DNA of 32,000 bases from Pseudodesulfovibrio mercurii (GTDB lineage: Bacteria > Desulfobacterota > Desulfovibrionia > Desulfovibrionales > Desulfovibrionaceae): the NCBI RefSeq assembly GCF_000189295.2, contig NC_016803.1:3826581-3858580 (forward strand), in the 5' to 3' direction. Below, piece by piece: positions 1 to 8,246 of this stretch. Below the pieces are notes generated by a model. That model was not told the origin of the DNA. It saw only the letters and a program-made list of their open reading frames with translations, and searched no databases. The position numbers were made by a program, and so were the translations under genes. The first letter of the stretch is position 1. Every line of letters begins with the position of its first letter.

Positions 1-1
1 C

Positions 2-1633
2 CGGGTCGAGCCCGAACACACGGAAGGGCTGCCCCGGTTCCGCAACTATCCGCCCGTGGACTTCACCGTCCCGGCCGAGCGCGCGGCCTATCCCGCGTCC
101 ATGGCCCGGCTGCGCGCCGCCATGGGCAAACAGGTCCCGCTGTTCATCAACGGCAAGGACGTGACCACCGACGACACCCTGGATTCCTACAACCCGGCCG
201 ATCCCGGGGAGATCCTCGGGACCGTCTGCCAGGCGGGCGTGGCCGAGGTGGACGCGGCCGTGGAGGCCGCCCGCGAGGCGTACTTCGCCTGGCGCGACGT
301 GCCGCCCGAGGAGCGCGCCCAGGCCCTGCTCAAGGCTGCCGCATATCTCAAGGCCAACGTCCACGACCTGGCCGCCCTCCAGGTCCTCGAAGTGGGCAAG
401 CAGTGGGATCAGGCCCAGGCCGACGTGGGCGAGGCCATCGACTTCCTCGAATACTACGCCCGCGAGATGATCCGCCTGGGCAAGCCCCGCCGCATGGGCC
501 GCGCCCCCGGCGAGATGAGCCATCTCTTCTACCAGGGCAAGGGCGTGGCCGCGGTCATCGCCCCGTGGAACTTCCCCATGGCCATCTCCGTGGGCATGGT
601 CTCCGCCGCCATCGTCTGCGGCAACCCGGTGGTCTACAAGCCCGCCGGGTCCTCCTCCTGCGTGGGCCGCGCCCTGGTGGACATGTGGAAGGCCGCCGGC
701 CTGCCCGACGGCGTGTTCAACTACTGCCCCGGACGCGGGTCGGTCATGGGCGACCACCTGGTGGACCACCCCGACGTGGCTCTCATCGCCTTCACCGGGT
801 CCATGGAAGTGGGGCTGCGCATCCAGGAGCGCGCCGCCGTGGCCCAGCCCGGCCAGCAGCACTGCAAGCGGGTCATCGCCGAGATGGGCGGCAAGAACGC
901 GACCATCATCGACGACGACGCCGACCTGGACGAGGCCGTGCTCGGCGTGCTCTATTCCGCCTTCGGCTTCCAGGGCCAGAAGTGCTCGGCCTGCTCGCGG
1001 GTCATCGTCCTCGACGCCGTCTACGACCGCTTCGTCGGCCGCCTGACCCAGGCCGCCAAGTCCATCAAGCTCGGCCCGGCCGAGAACCCGGCCAACTACA
1101 TGGGCCCGGTGGTGGACAAGGCCGCTCAGGAAAACGTCCTGCGCTACGTGAAGATCGCCGAAGAGGAGGGCCGGGTGCTGGTCAAGCGCAGCGTGTCCGA
1201 CGACGTCAAGGCCACGGGCGGCTGCTACGTGCCCCTGACCATCGTCGAGAACATCACCAAGGAACACCGCATCGCCCAGGAAGAGGTCTTCGGCCCGGTC
1301 CTCGCGGTCATGCGCGCCAAGGACATGGACGAGGCCATCGACATCGCCAACTCCACCCGGTTCGCCCTGACCGGCGCGGTCTACTCCCGCAGCCCGCACC
1401 ATCTGGAACAGGTCTACCGGGACTTCCGCGTGGGCAACCTGTACCTGAACAAGCACTCCGTGGGCGCGCTCGTCGAACGCCACGCCTTCGGCGGCTTCAA
1501 GATGTCCGGCGTGGGCTCCAAGTCCGGCGGCCCCGACTACCTGCTCCAGTTCATGGACCCGCGCCTGGTCTGCGAAAACACCATGCGCCGGGGCTTCGCC
1601 CCCATCGAGGAAGGCGACGACTGGCTGAGCTAG
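2..1633 (+). CDS. L-glutamate gamma-semialdehyde (1-pyrroline-5-carboxylate) dehydrogenase, 5'-truncated at the window edge. Either a stand-alone PruA/RocA type or the C-terminal half of a fused PutA.
   Basis: The frame is open from base 2 with no stop before the listed GTG at 56. Aldehyde dehydrogenase hallmarks are EMGGKNATIIDDDADLDEA and the catalytic Cys box FGFQGQKCSACSR. A P5CDH-typical N-terminal FRNYPPVDFT and C-terminal FGGFKMSGVGSKSGGPDYLLQF are present. A hairpin terminator follows. Confidence 0.85.
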   Translation, partial: RVEPEHTEGLPRFRNYPPVDFTVPAERAAYPASMARLRAAMGKQVPLFINGKDVTTDDTLDSYNPADPGEILGTVCQAGVAEVDAAVEAAREAYFAWRDVPPEERAQALLKAAAYLKANVHDLAALQVLEVGKQWDQAQADVGEAIDFLEYYAREMIRLGKPRRMGRAPGEMSHLFYQGKGVAAVIAPWNFPMAISVGMVSAAIVCGNPVVYKPAGSSSCVGRALVDMWKAAGLPDGVFNYCPGRGSVMGDHLVDHPDVALIAFTGSMEVGLRIQERAAVAQPGQQHCKRVIAEMGGKNATIIDDDADLDEAVLGVLYSAFGFQGQKCSACSRVIVLDAVYDRFVGRLTQAAKSIKLGPAENPANYMGPVVDKAAQENVLRYVKIAEEEGRVLVKRSVSDDVKATGGCYVPLTIVENITKEHRIAQEEVFGPVLAVMRAKDMDEAIDIANSTRFALTGAVYSRSPHHLEQVYRDFRVGNLYLNKHSVGALVERHAFGGFKMSGVGSKSGGPDYLLQFMDPRLVCENTMRRGFAPIEEGDDWLS

Positions 1634-1654
1634 CCGATCACGCGATACGAATAA

Positions 1655-1690
1655 CCCCCCCCGTCCGGTTAACCGGGCGGGGGTTTTTTA
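1655..1690 (+). terminator. Rho-independent terminator of the P5C dehydrogenase gene
   Basis: CCCCCGTCCGG-TTAA-CCGGGCGGGGG stem-loop (11 bp including one G-T wobble) followed by TTTTTTA, about 20 nt after the stop codon. Confidence 0.8.
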
Positions 1691-1754
1691 TTCGTTGCCT
1701 CCGGGCCTCCAGCCGTTGGCGGGTCTTGAGCATTACGGATGAGGACAGCAGCGA

Positions 1755-1868
1755 TCGGCTGGGGGAAGGGGGGAAGGGGACCCTTTGAGAAAAGGGTTCC
1801 CTTCCCCCCTTCCTCCGGACCTCCATCCCCTCATCCTTCCTAAACTTTTTGGCGCCGCTTCGCGGGGT
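1755..1868 (+). repeat. Copy A of a GC-rich palindromic intergenic repeat (MITE/REP-like), same orientation as copy B
   Basis: Aligns over its length with 13447-13537 and with the reverse complement of 13611-13727. Shared parts are the internal hairpin GGGGACCCTTTGAGAAAAGGGTTCCC, the box CCTAAACTTTTT and the tail GCCGCTTCGCGG. Confidence 0.8.
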
Positions 1869-2033
1869 GCGGGGATGTGGGGCCAGGCGTCGTTGCCGGG
1901 GGATGTGCGGTGGCGGAGAGAGAGGGTGGGAAGAGGAGGGGAGGGGCCGGCGGCGGAACTTTTTTTCATTTTTTTTCGGGGGAACGATTTCGGGTCGTCT
2001 ACTTTTTCAATGATATTATACGCCTCGATTGTG

Positions 2034-2055
2034 AAACTGAGTGCATACTCAGTTT
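2034..2055. promoter_or_regulatory. Candidate TetR-family operator 1 (perfect palindrome)
   Basis: AAACTGAGT-GCAT-ACTCAGTTT is a perfect 9-4-9 inverted repeat in the AT-rich region just upstream of the putative -35 of the TetR gene. Confidence 0.5.
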
Positions 2056-2066
2056 GCGGGATTTTT

Positions 2067-2096
2067 TTGACATTGTAGGATTTTACAAAGTATGAG
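2067..2096 (+). promoter_or_regulatory. Candidate sigma-70 promoter for the tetR-sulP array
   Basis: TTGACA (2067-2072), an 18-nt spacer, then TATGAG (2091-2096). It lies in a locally AT-rich stretch about 50 nt upstream of the ATG at 2148. Confidence 0.4.
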
Positions 2097-2103
2097 GGAA
2101 AAA

Positions 2104-2121
2104 ACTGAGTGAACACTCGGT
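2104..2121. promoter_or_regulatory. Candidate TetR-family operator 2 (imperfect copy of operator 1)
   Basis: ACTGAGTG-AA-CACTCGGT. Including flanking bases, its first 10 nt (AAACTGAGTG) are identical to operator 1. It sits at the predicted transcription start. Confidence 0.4.
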
Positions 2122-2147
2122 ACGCTTGGGAAAAAAGGATCAAAGGC

Positions 2148-2729
2148 ATGAAGAAGAAGGAGTCCATCCTCAAGGCCGCCACGTTCATGTTCGCGCACAA
2201 GGGGTTCGCGGACACGTCCGGGCAGGAGCTTGCCCGCCTCACCGGGGTGGCCGAGGGGACCATCTTCTATCATTTCAAGACCAAGGAAGGGTTGTTGCTG
2301 GCGATCCTGGAGAAGACCAGGGACGAGATCGTGGACCAGTTTGAGCGGTTCTTTGAGAACAGGCCGTTCAAATCGGGTCTCGAGATGACGGAGGAGGTCA
2401 TCTCATTCTATCTCTACCTGGCCGGCTTGATGGAAGACAAGTTCCTGCTGCTGCACCGTCACATTCTCTATCAGTTCTCCGAGTCCAACCCGGAGTTCAG
2501 GGAAAACCTCGAGGACATCTACAACTGCCTCGTGGACATCTTCGAGAAGGCCATCGTGACGGGGCTGGAGGACGGGTCCATCTGCCAGGAGGTCCATCCC
2601 AGGAAATCGGCGCTCATTCTGTTCACGATGGCTGATGGTCTGGTTCGGTTCAAAAACTACAACCTGTACGATGCCGGCGCGCTGTTCAACGAGTTGATGC
2701 GGGCGTGTCGCCGGATGTTGCAGGCGTAA
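2148..2729 (+). CDS. TetR/AcrR family transcriptional regulator
   Basis: N-terminal HTH signature ILKAATFMFAHKGFADTSGQELARLTGVAEGTIFYHFKTKEGLL. I prefer the ATG at 2148 (AAGGA 8 nt upstream) over the listed GTG at 2109, which lies inside the operator-like site. Confidence 0.85.
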   Translation: MKKKESILKAATFMFAHKGFADTSGQELARLTGVAEGTIFYHFKTKEGLLLAILEKTRDEIVDQFERFFENRPFKSGLEMTEEVISFYLYLAGLMEDKFLLLHRHILYQFSESNPEFRENLEDIYNCLVDIFEKAIVTGLEDGSICQEVHPRKSALILFTMADGLVRFKNYNLYDAGALFNELMRACRRMLQA

Positions 2730-2746
2730 TGCAAGGAAGAGGCTGC

Positions 2747-4873
2747 ATGCTTTCACGAATATTCCCTTTCATCGGCTGGTTCAAAGGGTACAACATGGCG
2801 GCGCTCCGGGCCGACGCCATCGCGGGGCTGACCGTCGCCCTGGTGCTCATCCCCCAATCCATGGCCTATGCCCAGCTGGCTGGCATGCCCGCCTACTACG
2901 GCCTGTACGCCTCTTTCCTGCCGCCCCTGGTGGCGGCCCTGTTCGGCTCCAGCCGCCAGCTGGCCACCGGCCCCGTGGCCGTGGTCTCGCTCATGACCGC
3001 GGCCTCGCTCGAACCGCTGGCCACGGCGGGCAGCGAGGGCTACATCGCCTACGCCATCCTGCTGGCCCTGATGGTCGGCATGTTCCAGTTCCTGCTTGGC
3101 GTGCTCAAGCTCGGCCTGGTGGTCAACTTCCTGTCCCATCCCGTGGTCAACGGCTTCACCAACGCCGCGGCCATAATCATCGCCTCGTCCCAGTTCTCCA
3201 AGCTCTTCGGGGTCTACGTGGACGGCGCGGAGCACCACTATGAGACCATCATCCGCGTGGTCGAGTCCGCCTTCCACTACACCCACTGGCCCACCCTGGG
3301 CATGGGCGTGCTCGCCTTCGGCATCATGGTCGGCCTCAAGCGCGTCAATCCCAAGATTCCCAACGTCCTGGTGGCGGTCGTGGTGACCACGGCCCTGTCC
3401 TGGGGGCTGGGCTTCAACCACGACGTCAAGGCCTCGGTGGACGCCATCCGCATCCCGGCCGTGCACGAGGCCTTGGTCGGCTTCAACACCACCGTGGCCG
3501 CCCTCGACGAGCTGGCCCTGGAGCGCACCGCCCTGGCCAAGAAGATGGAGGAGGCCAAGGAGTCCGGCGATCCCATTCGGGTCATCGACATCCAGCACGA
3601 CCAGAACGTGGTCGGCGCCCGCATGGCCGGTCTCAAGGAAAAGGCCCACGAGCTGCGCACCGAACTGCGCGAGGAGCTCATGACCGGCGTGGAGCAGCCC
3701 GACGGCAACCTGATCTTCGTTCCCCGGGACGCGGTCCCGGACGGCATGACCGCCGACGGCCGGACCTGGCGCATCAAGGTCGGCAACACCAAACTCGACC
3801 CGGCCTCCCTGAAGATGATGGGCGGCGGGGCCGTGGTCGGCGTGGTGCCCTCGGGCATCCCGGCCATCTCCATGCCGTCGCTCGACCTCAAGGTCATGCT
3901 CCACCTGATCCCGTTCGCCGCGATCATCTCCCTGCTCGGTTTCATGGAGGCCATCTCCATCGCCAAGGCCATGGCCGCCAAGACCGGCCAGCGGCTGGAC
4001 CCCAACCAGGAGCTCATCGGCCAGGGGCTGGCCAACATGATCGGCGCCTGCGGCAAGAGCTACCCGGCCTCGGGCTCGTTCTCCCGTTCGGCGGTCAACC
4101 TTCAGGCGGGCGCGGTCACCGGCATGTCCTCGGTGTTCACCTCGCTCATGGTCGTCATCGCGCTGCTCTTCTTCACTCCGCTGCTCTATCACCTGCCCCA
4201 GGCCGTGCTGGCCGCGGTCATCATGATGGCCGTCATCGGGCTGATCAACGCCTCGGGCTTCATCCACGCCTGGAAGGCCCAGTGGTACGACGGGGCCATC
4301 TCCATCCTGTCCTTCCTGTGCACCCTGGCCTTCGCCCCGCACCTGGACAAGGGCATCATGGTCGGCGTGGTCCTGTCGCTCCTGGTCTTCCTGTACAAGT
4401 CCATGCGGCCGCGCGTGGCCAACCTGTCCCGCAGCGAGGACGAGTCCCTGCGCGACGCCACGGCCTTCGGCCTGAAGCAGTGCCAGCACATCTCCCTGGT
4501 CCGCTTCGACGGTCCGCTGTTCTTCGCCAACGCGAGCTTCCTGGAGGACCAGATCACCGAGCGGCTCATGGGCAACGACAAGCTCAGGCACATCATTATC
4601 GTGGCCAACGGCATCAACGACATGGACGCCTCGGGTGAGGAAGCCCTGTCGCTGATCGTCGACCGCGTCCGCTCCCGTGGGCTGGACATCTCCCTGTGCG
4701 GGGTGAACGAGGCGGTCATGGCCGTGCTCGAGCGCACCCACCTGCTGGAGAAGATCGGCAAGGACCACGTGTACGCGACCATGGAGAGCGCCATCTGCGC
4801 CACGCACGAGAGTGCGCACCGCGACGGCAACGAAGACAGCTGTCCCCTCACCACCGTTTGCCGCCTGGCCTAA
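2747..4873 (+). CDS. SulP family anion transporter with a C-terminal STAS domain and an internal insertion of about 140 aa
   Basis: N-terminal SulP motif LRADAIAGLTVALVLIPQSMAYAQLAG, multiple hydrophobic segments and a C-terminal STAS-like region (ISLVRFDGPLFFANASFLED...MDASGEEAL). ATG at 2747 with an AAGGAAGAGG RBS, 17 nt after the tetR stop. Confidence 0.85.
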   Translation: MLSRIFPFIGWFKGYNMAALRADAIAGLTVALVLIPQSMAYAQLAGMPAYYGLYASFLPPLVAALFGSSRQLATGPVAVVSLMTAASLEPLATAGSEGYIAYAILLALMVGMFQFLLGVLKLGLVVNFLSHPVVNGFTNAAAIIIASSQFSKLFGVYVDGAEHHYETIIRVVESAFHYTHWPTLGMGVLAFGIMVGLKRVNPKIPNVLVAVVVTTALSWGLGFNHDVKASVDAIRIPAVHEALVGFNTTVAALDELALERTALAKKMEEAKESGDPIRVIDIQHDQNVVGARMAGLKEKAHELRTELREELMTGVEQPDGNLIFVPRDAVPDGMTADGRTWRIKVGNTKLDPASLKMMGGGAVVGVVPSGIPAISMPSLDLKVMLHLIPFAAIISLLGFMEAISIAKAMAAKTGQRLDPNQELIGQGLANMIGACGKSYPASGSFSRSAVNLQAGAVTGMSSVFTSLMVVIALLFFTPLLYHLPQAVLAAVIMMAVIGLINASGFIHAWKAQWYDGAISILSFLCTLAFAPHLDKGIMVGVVLSLLVFLYKSMRPRVANLSRSEDESLRDATAFGLKQCQHISLVRFDGPLFFANASFLEDQITERLMGNDKLRHIIIVANGINDMDASGEEALSLIVDRVRSRGLDISLCGVNEAVMAVLERTHLLEKIGKDHVYATMESAICATHESAHRDGNEDSCPLTTVCRLA

Positions 4874-4893
4874 GGCGCTAATAGGGAGTCAAT

Positions 4894-6111
4894 ATGTCAG
4901 TTATTACCGTTTTCAACGGATTGTTTTGCGAAGCCGGTGTGGTGGTCAAGCGCGTCGTGGACGCCACGGGCTGCCGCCTGATCACGGACCAGGAGATCGT
5001 GGCCGACGCCGCGCGCCTGTCCGGCATGGCTGAGGACCGCATCGCCCGGGCCTTCCAGGCCAAGGCCTCGGTCTTCAACACCTTCAGCCACGAAAAGGAG
5101 CAGGCCATCGCCTGGATGCGTCTGGCCGTGGCCAAGCGGCTGGTCGAGGACGAGGCCATGGTCATTCCCGGCTTCGCCTCCCAGCTGCCCGATCCGAACA
5201 TCGGCCACATCCTCAAGGTCTGCCTGATCTCCGACAAGAAGGCGCGGGTGGCCGTGGCCGAGCGTGAGGAGGGCTTCGCCGAGAAGCACGCCATGAAGCT
5301 CATCCGCAAGGACGACGAGGATCGCGCCGCCTGGGTCAAGGCCCTGCGCGACGTGGACGATCCGTGGTCCGGCACCCTCTACGACCTGGTCCTGCCCGTG
5401 GCCTCCACCGGCGTGGACCGCTGCGCGGACCTCATCGTCGAGCAGCTCTCCAACGCCGCGGTCCAGGTCACCGACCGGACCCGCGCGGCCGTGCAGGACT
5501 TCCTCCTGGCCGCCCGCGTGGAGACCGTGCTGGCCAAGGAGGGCCACAGCGTCCAGGTCTCGGCCCACAAGGGCACCGTCACCCTGACCATCAACAAGCA
5601 CGTGCTCCTGCTGGAGAAGCTGGAGCGCGAACTGAAGTCCATCGTCGCCGACGTGGACGGGGTCATGGCCGTGGAGGCCCAGGTGGGCAAGGGATTCCAC
5701 CAGACCGACATCTACCGCAAGATGGACTTCGAGGTGCCCTCCAAGGTCCTGCTCGTGGACGACGAGCGCGAATTCGTCCAGACCCTGTCCGAACGGCTGA
5801 TGATGCGTGACATGGGTTCGGCCGTGGTTTACGATGGGGAGTCCGCCCTGGATCTGGTGCGCGAAGACGAGCCCGAGGTCATGATCCTCGACCTGAAGAT
5901 GCCCGGCATCGATGGCATCGAGGTTCTGCGCCGGGTCAAGAGCGAGCACCCGAACATCGAGGTCATCATCCTGACCGGCCACGGTTCGGAGGCGGACCGC
6001 CAGGTGTGCATGGAGCTGGGCGCCTTCGCCTACCTGCACAAGCCCGTGGACATCGACGTCCTGAGCGAGACGCTCAAGGCCGCCAACGACAAGATCAGAG
6101 CCGAAAAGTAA
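4894..6111 (+). CDS. Response regulator: N-terminal cytidylate-kinase-like (PF13189-type) domain plus a C-terminal receiver domain
   Basis: The C-terminus has full receiver signatures (LLVDDEREF, MILDLKMPGIDG, IILTGHG, YLHKP). The N-terminus ITVFNGLFCEAGVVVKRVVDATGCRLITDQEIVADAARLSGM resembles the cytidylate-kinase-like family layout. AGGGAG RBS; 20 nt after the sulP stop. Confidence 0.75.
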   Translation: MSVITVFNGLFCEAGVVVKRVVDATGCRLITDQEIVADAARLSGMAEDRIARAFQAKASVFNTFSHEKEQAIAWMRLAVAKRLVEDEAMVIPGFASQLPDPNIGHILKVCLISDKKARVAVAEREEGFAEKHAMKLIRKDDEDRAAWVKALRDVDDPWSGTLYDLVLPVASTGVDRCADLIVEQLSNAAVQVTDRTRAAVQDFLLAARVETVLAKEGHSVQVSAHKGTVTLTINKHVLLLEKLERELKSIVADVDGVMAVEAQVGKGFHQTDIYRKMDFEVPSKVLLVDDEREFVQTLSERLMMRDMGSAVVYDGESALDLVREDEPEVMILDLKMPGIDGIEVLRRVKSEHPNIEVIILTGHGSEADRQVCMELGAFAYLHKPVDIDVLSETLKAANDKIRAEK

Positions 6112-6132
6112 CGGCGGGAGCCGGGTGGCGTC

Positions 6133-7878
6133 ATGGCAGCACTGTTCGAAAAGATACGGCCCAAATTCTGGGACACGGAAGATGGCGGCGGAGCGGGCAA
6201 GAACCTGTTCAACTACCGGCGCATCTGGCGTTTCGCCATCGTCCTGCTGGCGCTGGTGGCCCTGATCCCCCTGATGGTCATGGCCTTCATCGACTACAAC
6301 GTCACCCGGCATTCCCTGGAATCCGAGAACCTGTTGCGCACGGCCCGGACCACTTCCAACACCCGGCGGTCCGTGGCCTACTTCCTGGAGGAGCGGGCCA
6401 AGGCCCTGGAGTTCCTGGCCCTGGATCGTGGCGTGGGCGCCCTGCGCAGCCGCGAGAACCTGGCCGCGGTCCTGGCCTCCCTGCAACAGAGCTTCGGCGG
6501 GTTCGTGGACCTGGGCGTGATCAACGACCAGGGGCGGCAGATCGCCTACGTCGGCCCCTACGACCTGCTCGGCCGCGACTACAGCGGCCAGGAGGGGTTC
6601 TCCACGACCATGGAGCACGGCACCTACATCAGCCGGGTCTTCCTCGGCTTCCGCGACGAGCCGCACCTGGTGGTCTCGCGCAAGGTGCACGACGGTCCGT
6701 CCGGCGAGGACTTCATCCTGCGGGCCACGCTGGACACGGACCAGTTCAACTCCATCCTTCAGCTCGACCTGCCCGGCGGCGGCGACGCCTTCGTGGTGGA
6801 CCGGGAGGGCATCATCCAGACCCCGTCCAGGGAGCACGGCGCGCTGCTGACCAAGGTGGACCTGGCCATCCCCGGTTATTCCGAGACGACCAGCGTGGAG
6901 CAGGTCCGGGGCGGGGACGGGCTGGAGTACTCCGTGGGCTTCGCCTACATCCACGACACGCCGTTCGTCGTCCTGGTGGTCAAGCGCACCAAGGAACTGA
7001 TGAAGCCGTTGCAGACCATCCGCATGGAACTGCTCTGGATACTCATCTCGAGCATCCTGATCATCCTGCTGGTCATCGTGGGCGTGGCCACCTACCTGGT
7101 CAACAAGGTCTACATCGCGGACCAGACCAGGGCGCGGACCCTGCACCGCATGGAGCACACCAACCGCATGGCCTCCATCGGACGGCTGGCGGCGGGCGTG
7201 GCCCACGAGATCAACAACCCCCTGGCCATCATCAACGAGAAGGCCGGACTGGTCCGCGACCTGTTCATCTACAAGCAGGAGTACGCCCACGACGAGCGGC
7301 TGCTGCGGAACATCGACTCCATCCTCAACTCCGTGGCCCGGTGCGGCAAGATCACCAAGCGGCTTCTCAGCTTCGCCCGGCACATCGACGTGGAGATGGA
7401 CGAGATCGAGTTCAAGGACCTGGCCAACGAGGTCATCGACTTCCTGCGCAAGGAGGCCGAGTACCGGTCCATCGCCATCGAGATGGACATCCCCGAGAAC
7501 CTGCCCCCGTTCATCTCGGACCGGGGCAAGCTGCAACAGATCTTCCTCAACCTGGTGAACAACGCCTTCCAGGCCATGAACGACGGCGGACACCTGTCCA
7601 TCTCGGCCAGGGAGACGGCCTGCGACCACCTGGTCTTCGCCGTGACCGACGACGGCTGCGGCATCCCGGAGGCGGATATCAAGCGCATCTTCGACCCGTT
7701 CTTCTCGACCAAGAAGAAGACCGGCGGCACCGGGCTCGGCCTGTCCATCACCTACGGCCTGGTCCAGGAACTCGGCGGGACCATGGCCGTGGAGAGCGAG
7801 GTGGGCAAGGGGACGACCTTCACCATAACCATGCCCCTCAAGGGGACCAAGCCCGAATGCAAGACGGACAAGGCATAG
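6133..7878 (+). CDS. Membrane sensor histidine kinase with a periplasmic Cache-like sensor between two TM helices, then HisKA and HATPase_c
   Basis: TM1 is IWRFAIVLLALVALIPLMVMAFI and TM2 is LLWILISSILIILLVIVGVATYLV. H-box GVAHEINNPLAIIN, N-box IFLNLVNNAFQAM, G1 DDGCGI, F-box FDPFFSTK and G2 GTGLGLSI are all present. Confidence 0.9.
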   Translation: MAALFEKIRPKFWDTEDGGGAGKNLFNYRRIWRFAIVLLALVALIPLMVMAFIDYNVTRHSLESENLLRTARTTSNTRRSVAYFLEERAKALEFLALDRGVGALRSRENLAAVLASLQQSFGGFVDLGVINDQGRQIAYVGPYDLLGRDYSGQEGFSTTMEHGTYISRVFLGFRDEPHLVVSRKVHDGPSGEDFILRATLDTDQFNSILQLDLPGGGDAFVVDREGIIQTPSREHGALLTKVDLAIPGYSETTSVEQVRGGDGLEYSVGFAYIHDTPFVVLVVKRTKELMKPLQTIRMELLWILISSILIILLVIVGVATYLVNKVYIADQTRARTLHRMEHTNRMASIGRLAAGVAHEINNPLAIINEKAGLVRDLFIYKQEYAHDERLLRNIDSILNSVARCGKITKRLLSFARHIDVEMDEIEFKDLANEVIDFLRKEAEYRSIAIEMDIPENLPPFISDRGKLQQIFLNLVNNAFQAMNDGGHLSISARETACDHLVFAVTDDGCGIPEADIKRIFDPFFSTKKKTGGTGLGLSITYGLVQELGGTMAVESEVGKGTTFTITMPLKGTKPECKTDKA

Positions 7879-7879
7879 C

Positions 7880-8230
7880 ATGAAAGTACTGTTGGTAGAC
7901 GACGAAGTGGAACTGGTTTCCGCCATGGCCGAGCGCCTCGGGTTCCGGGACGTGGACGCGGACTGGACGGACAACGGCGAGTCGGCCCTGGAAATGGCCG
8001 ACAAGACCGCCTACGACGTGGCCGTCCTGGACATGAAGATGCCCAAGCTGAGCGGCCTGGAGCTCATGGAGCGGCTGGCGGAACGGCACCCGGACATGAA
8101 GTTCATCTTCCTGTCCGGCCATGGCTCGGAATCGGATTTCAAGGCGGGCTGCGCCGCGGGCTGCAACTATCTGATCAAGCCCATCCAGCTCGAGGAACTG
8201 GTCGCCCTGATCCGCAAGGTGGCGGCGTAA
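7880..8230 (+). CDS. Single-domain response regulator (receiver only)
   Basis: LLVDDEVEL, VLDMKMPKLSG, FLSGHG and YLIKP motifs. The ATG follows 1 nt after the kinase stop. Confidence 0.9.
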   Translation: MKVLLVDDEVELVSAMAERLGFRDVDADWTDNGESALEMADKTAYDVAVLDMKMPKLSGLELMERLAERHPDMKFIFLSGHGSESDFKAGCAAGCNYLIKPIQLEELVALIRKVAA

Positions 8231-8246
8231 CGACAAAGGAGAGGGC

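Noticed and set aside
403-1788. 461-aa alternative-frame ORF inside the P5C dehydrogenase gene
   Set aside because: It is out of frame with a gene carrying canonical ALDH catalytic motifs, and its product is Arg/Pro/Gly-rich junk.
2753-4819. 688-aa minus-strand ORF (and the nested 3277-4056 and 4189-4854 ORFs) opposite the SulP gene
   Set aside because: Antisense to a clear SulP/STAS protein. The composition is dominated by G, D, H, R and A, and there are no motifs.
4897-8004. 1035-aa ORF on the minus strand spanning the receiver, kinase and receiver genes
   Set aside because: It lies antisense to three genes with unmistakable two-component motifs. Its translation is low-complexity Gly/Asp/Val/His/Arg-rich with no recognisable motif. 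This is a typical stop-poor shadow ORF of high-GC DNA.
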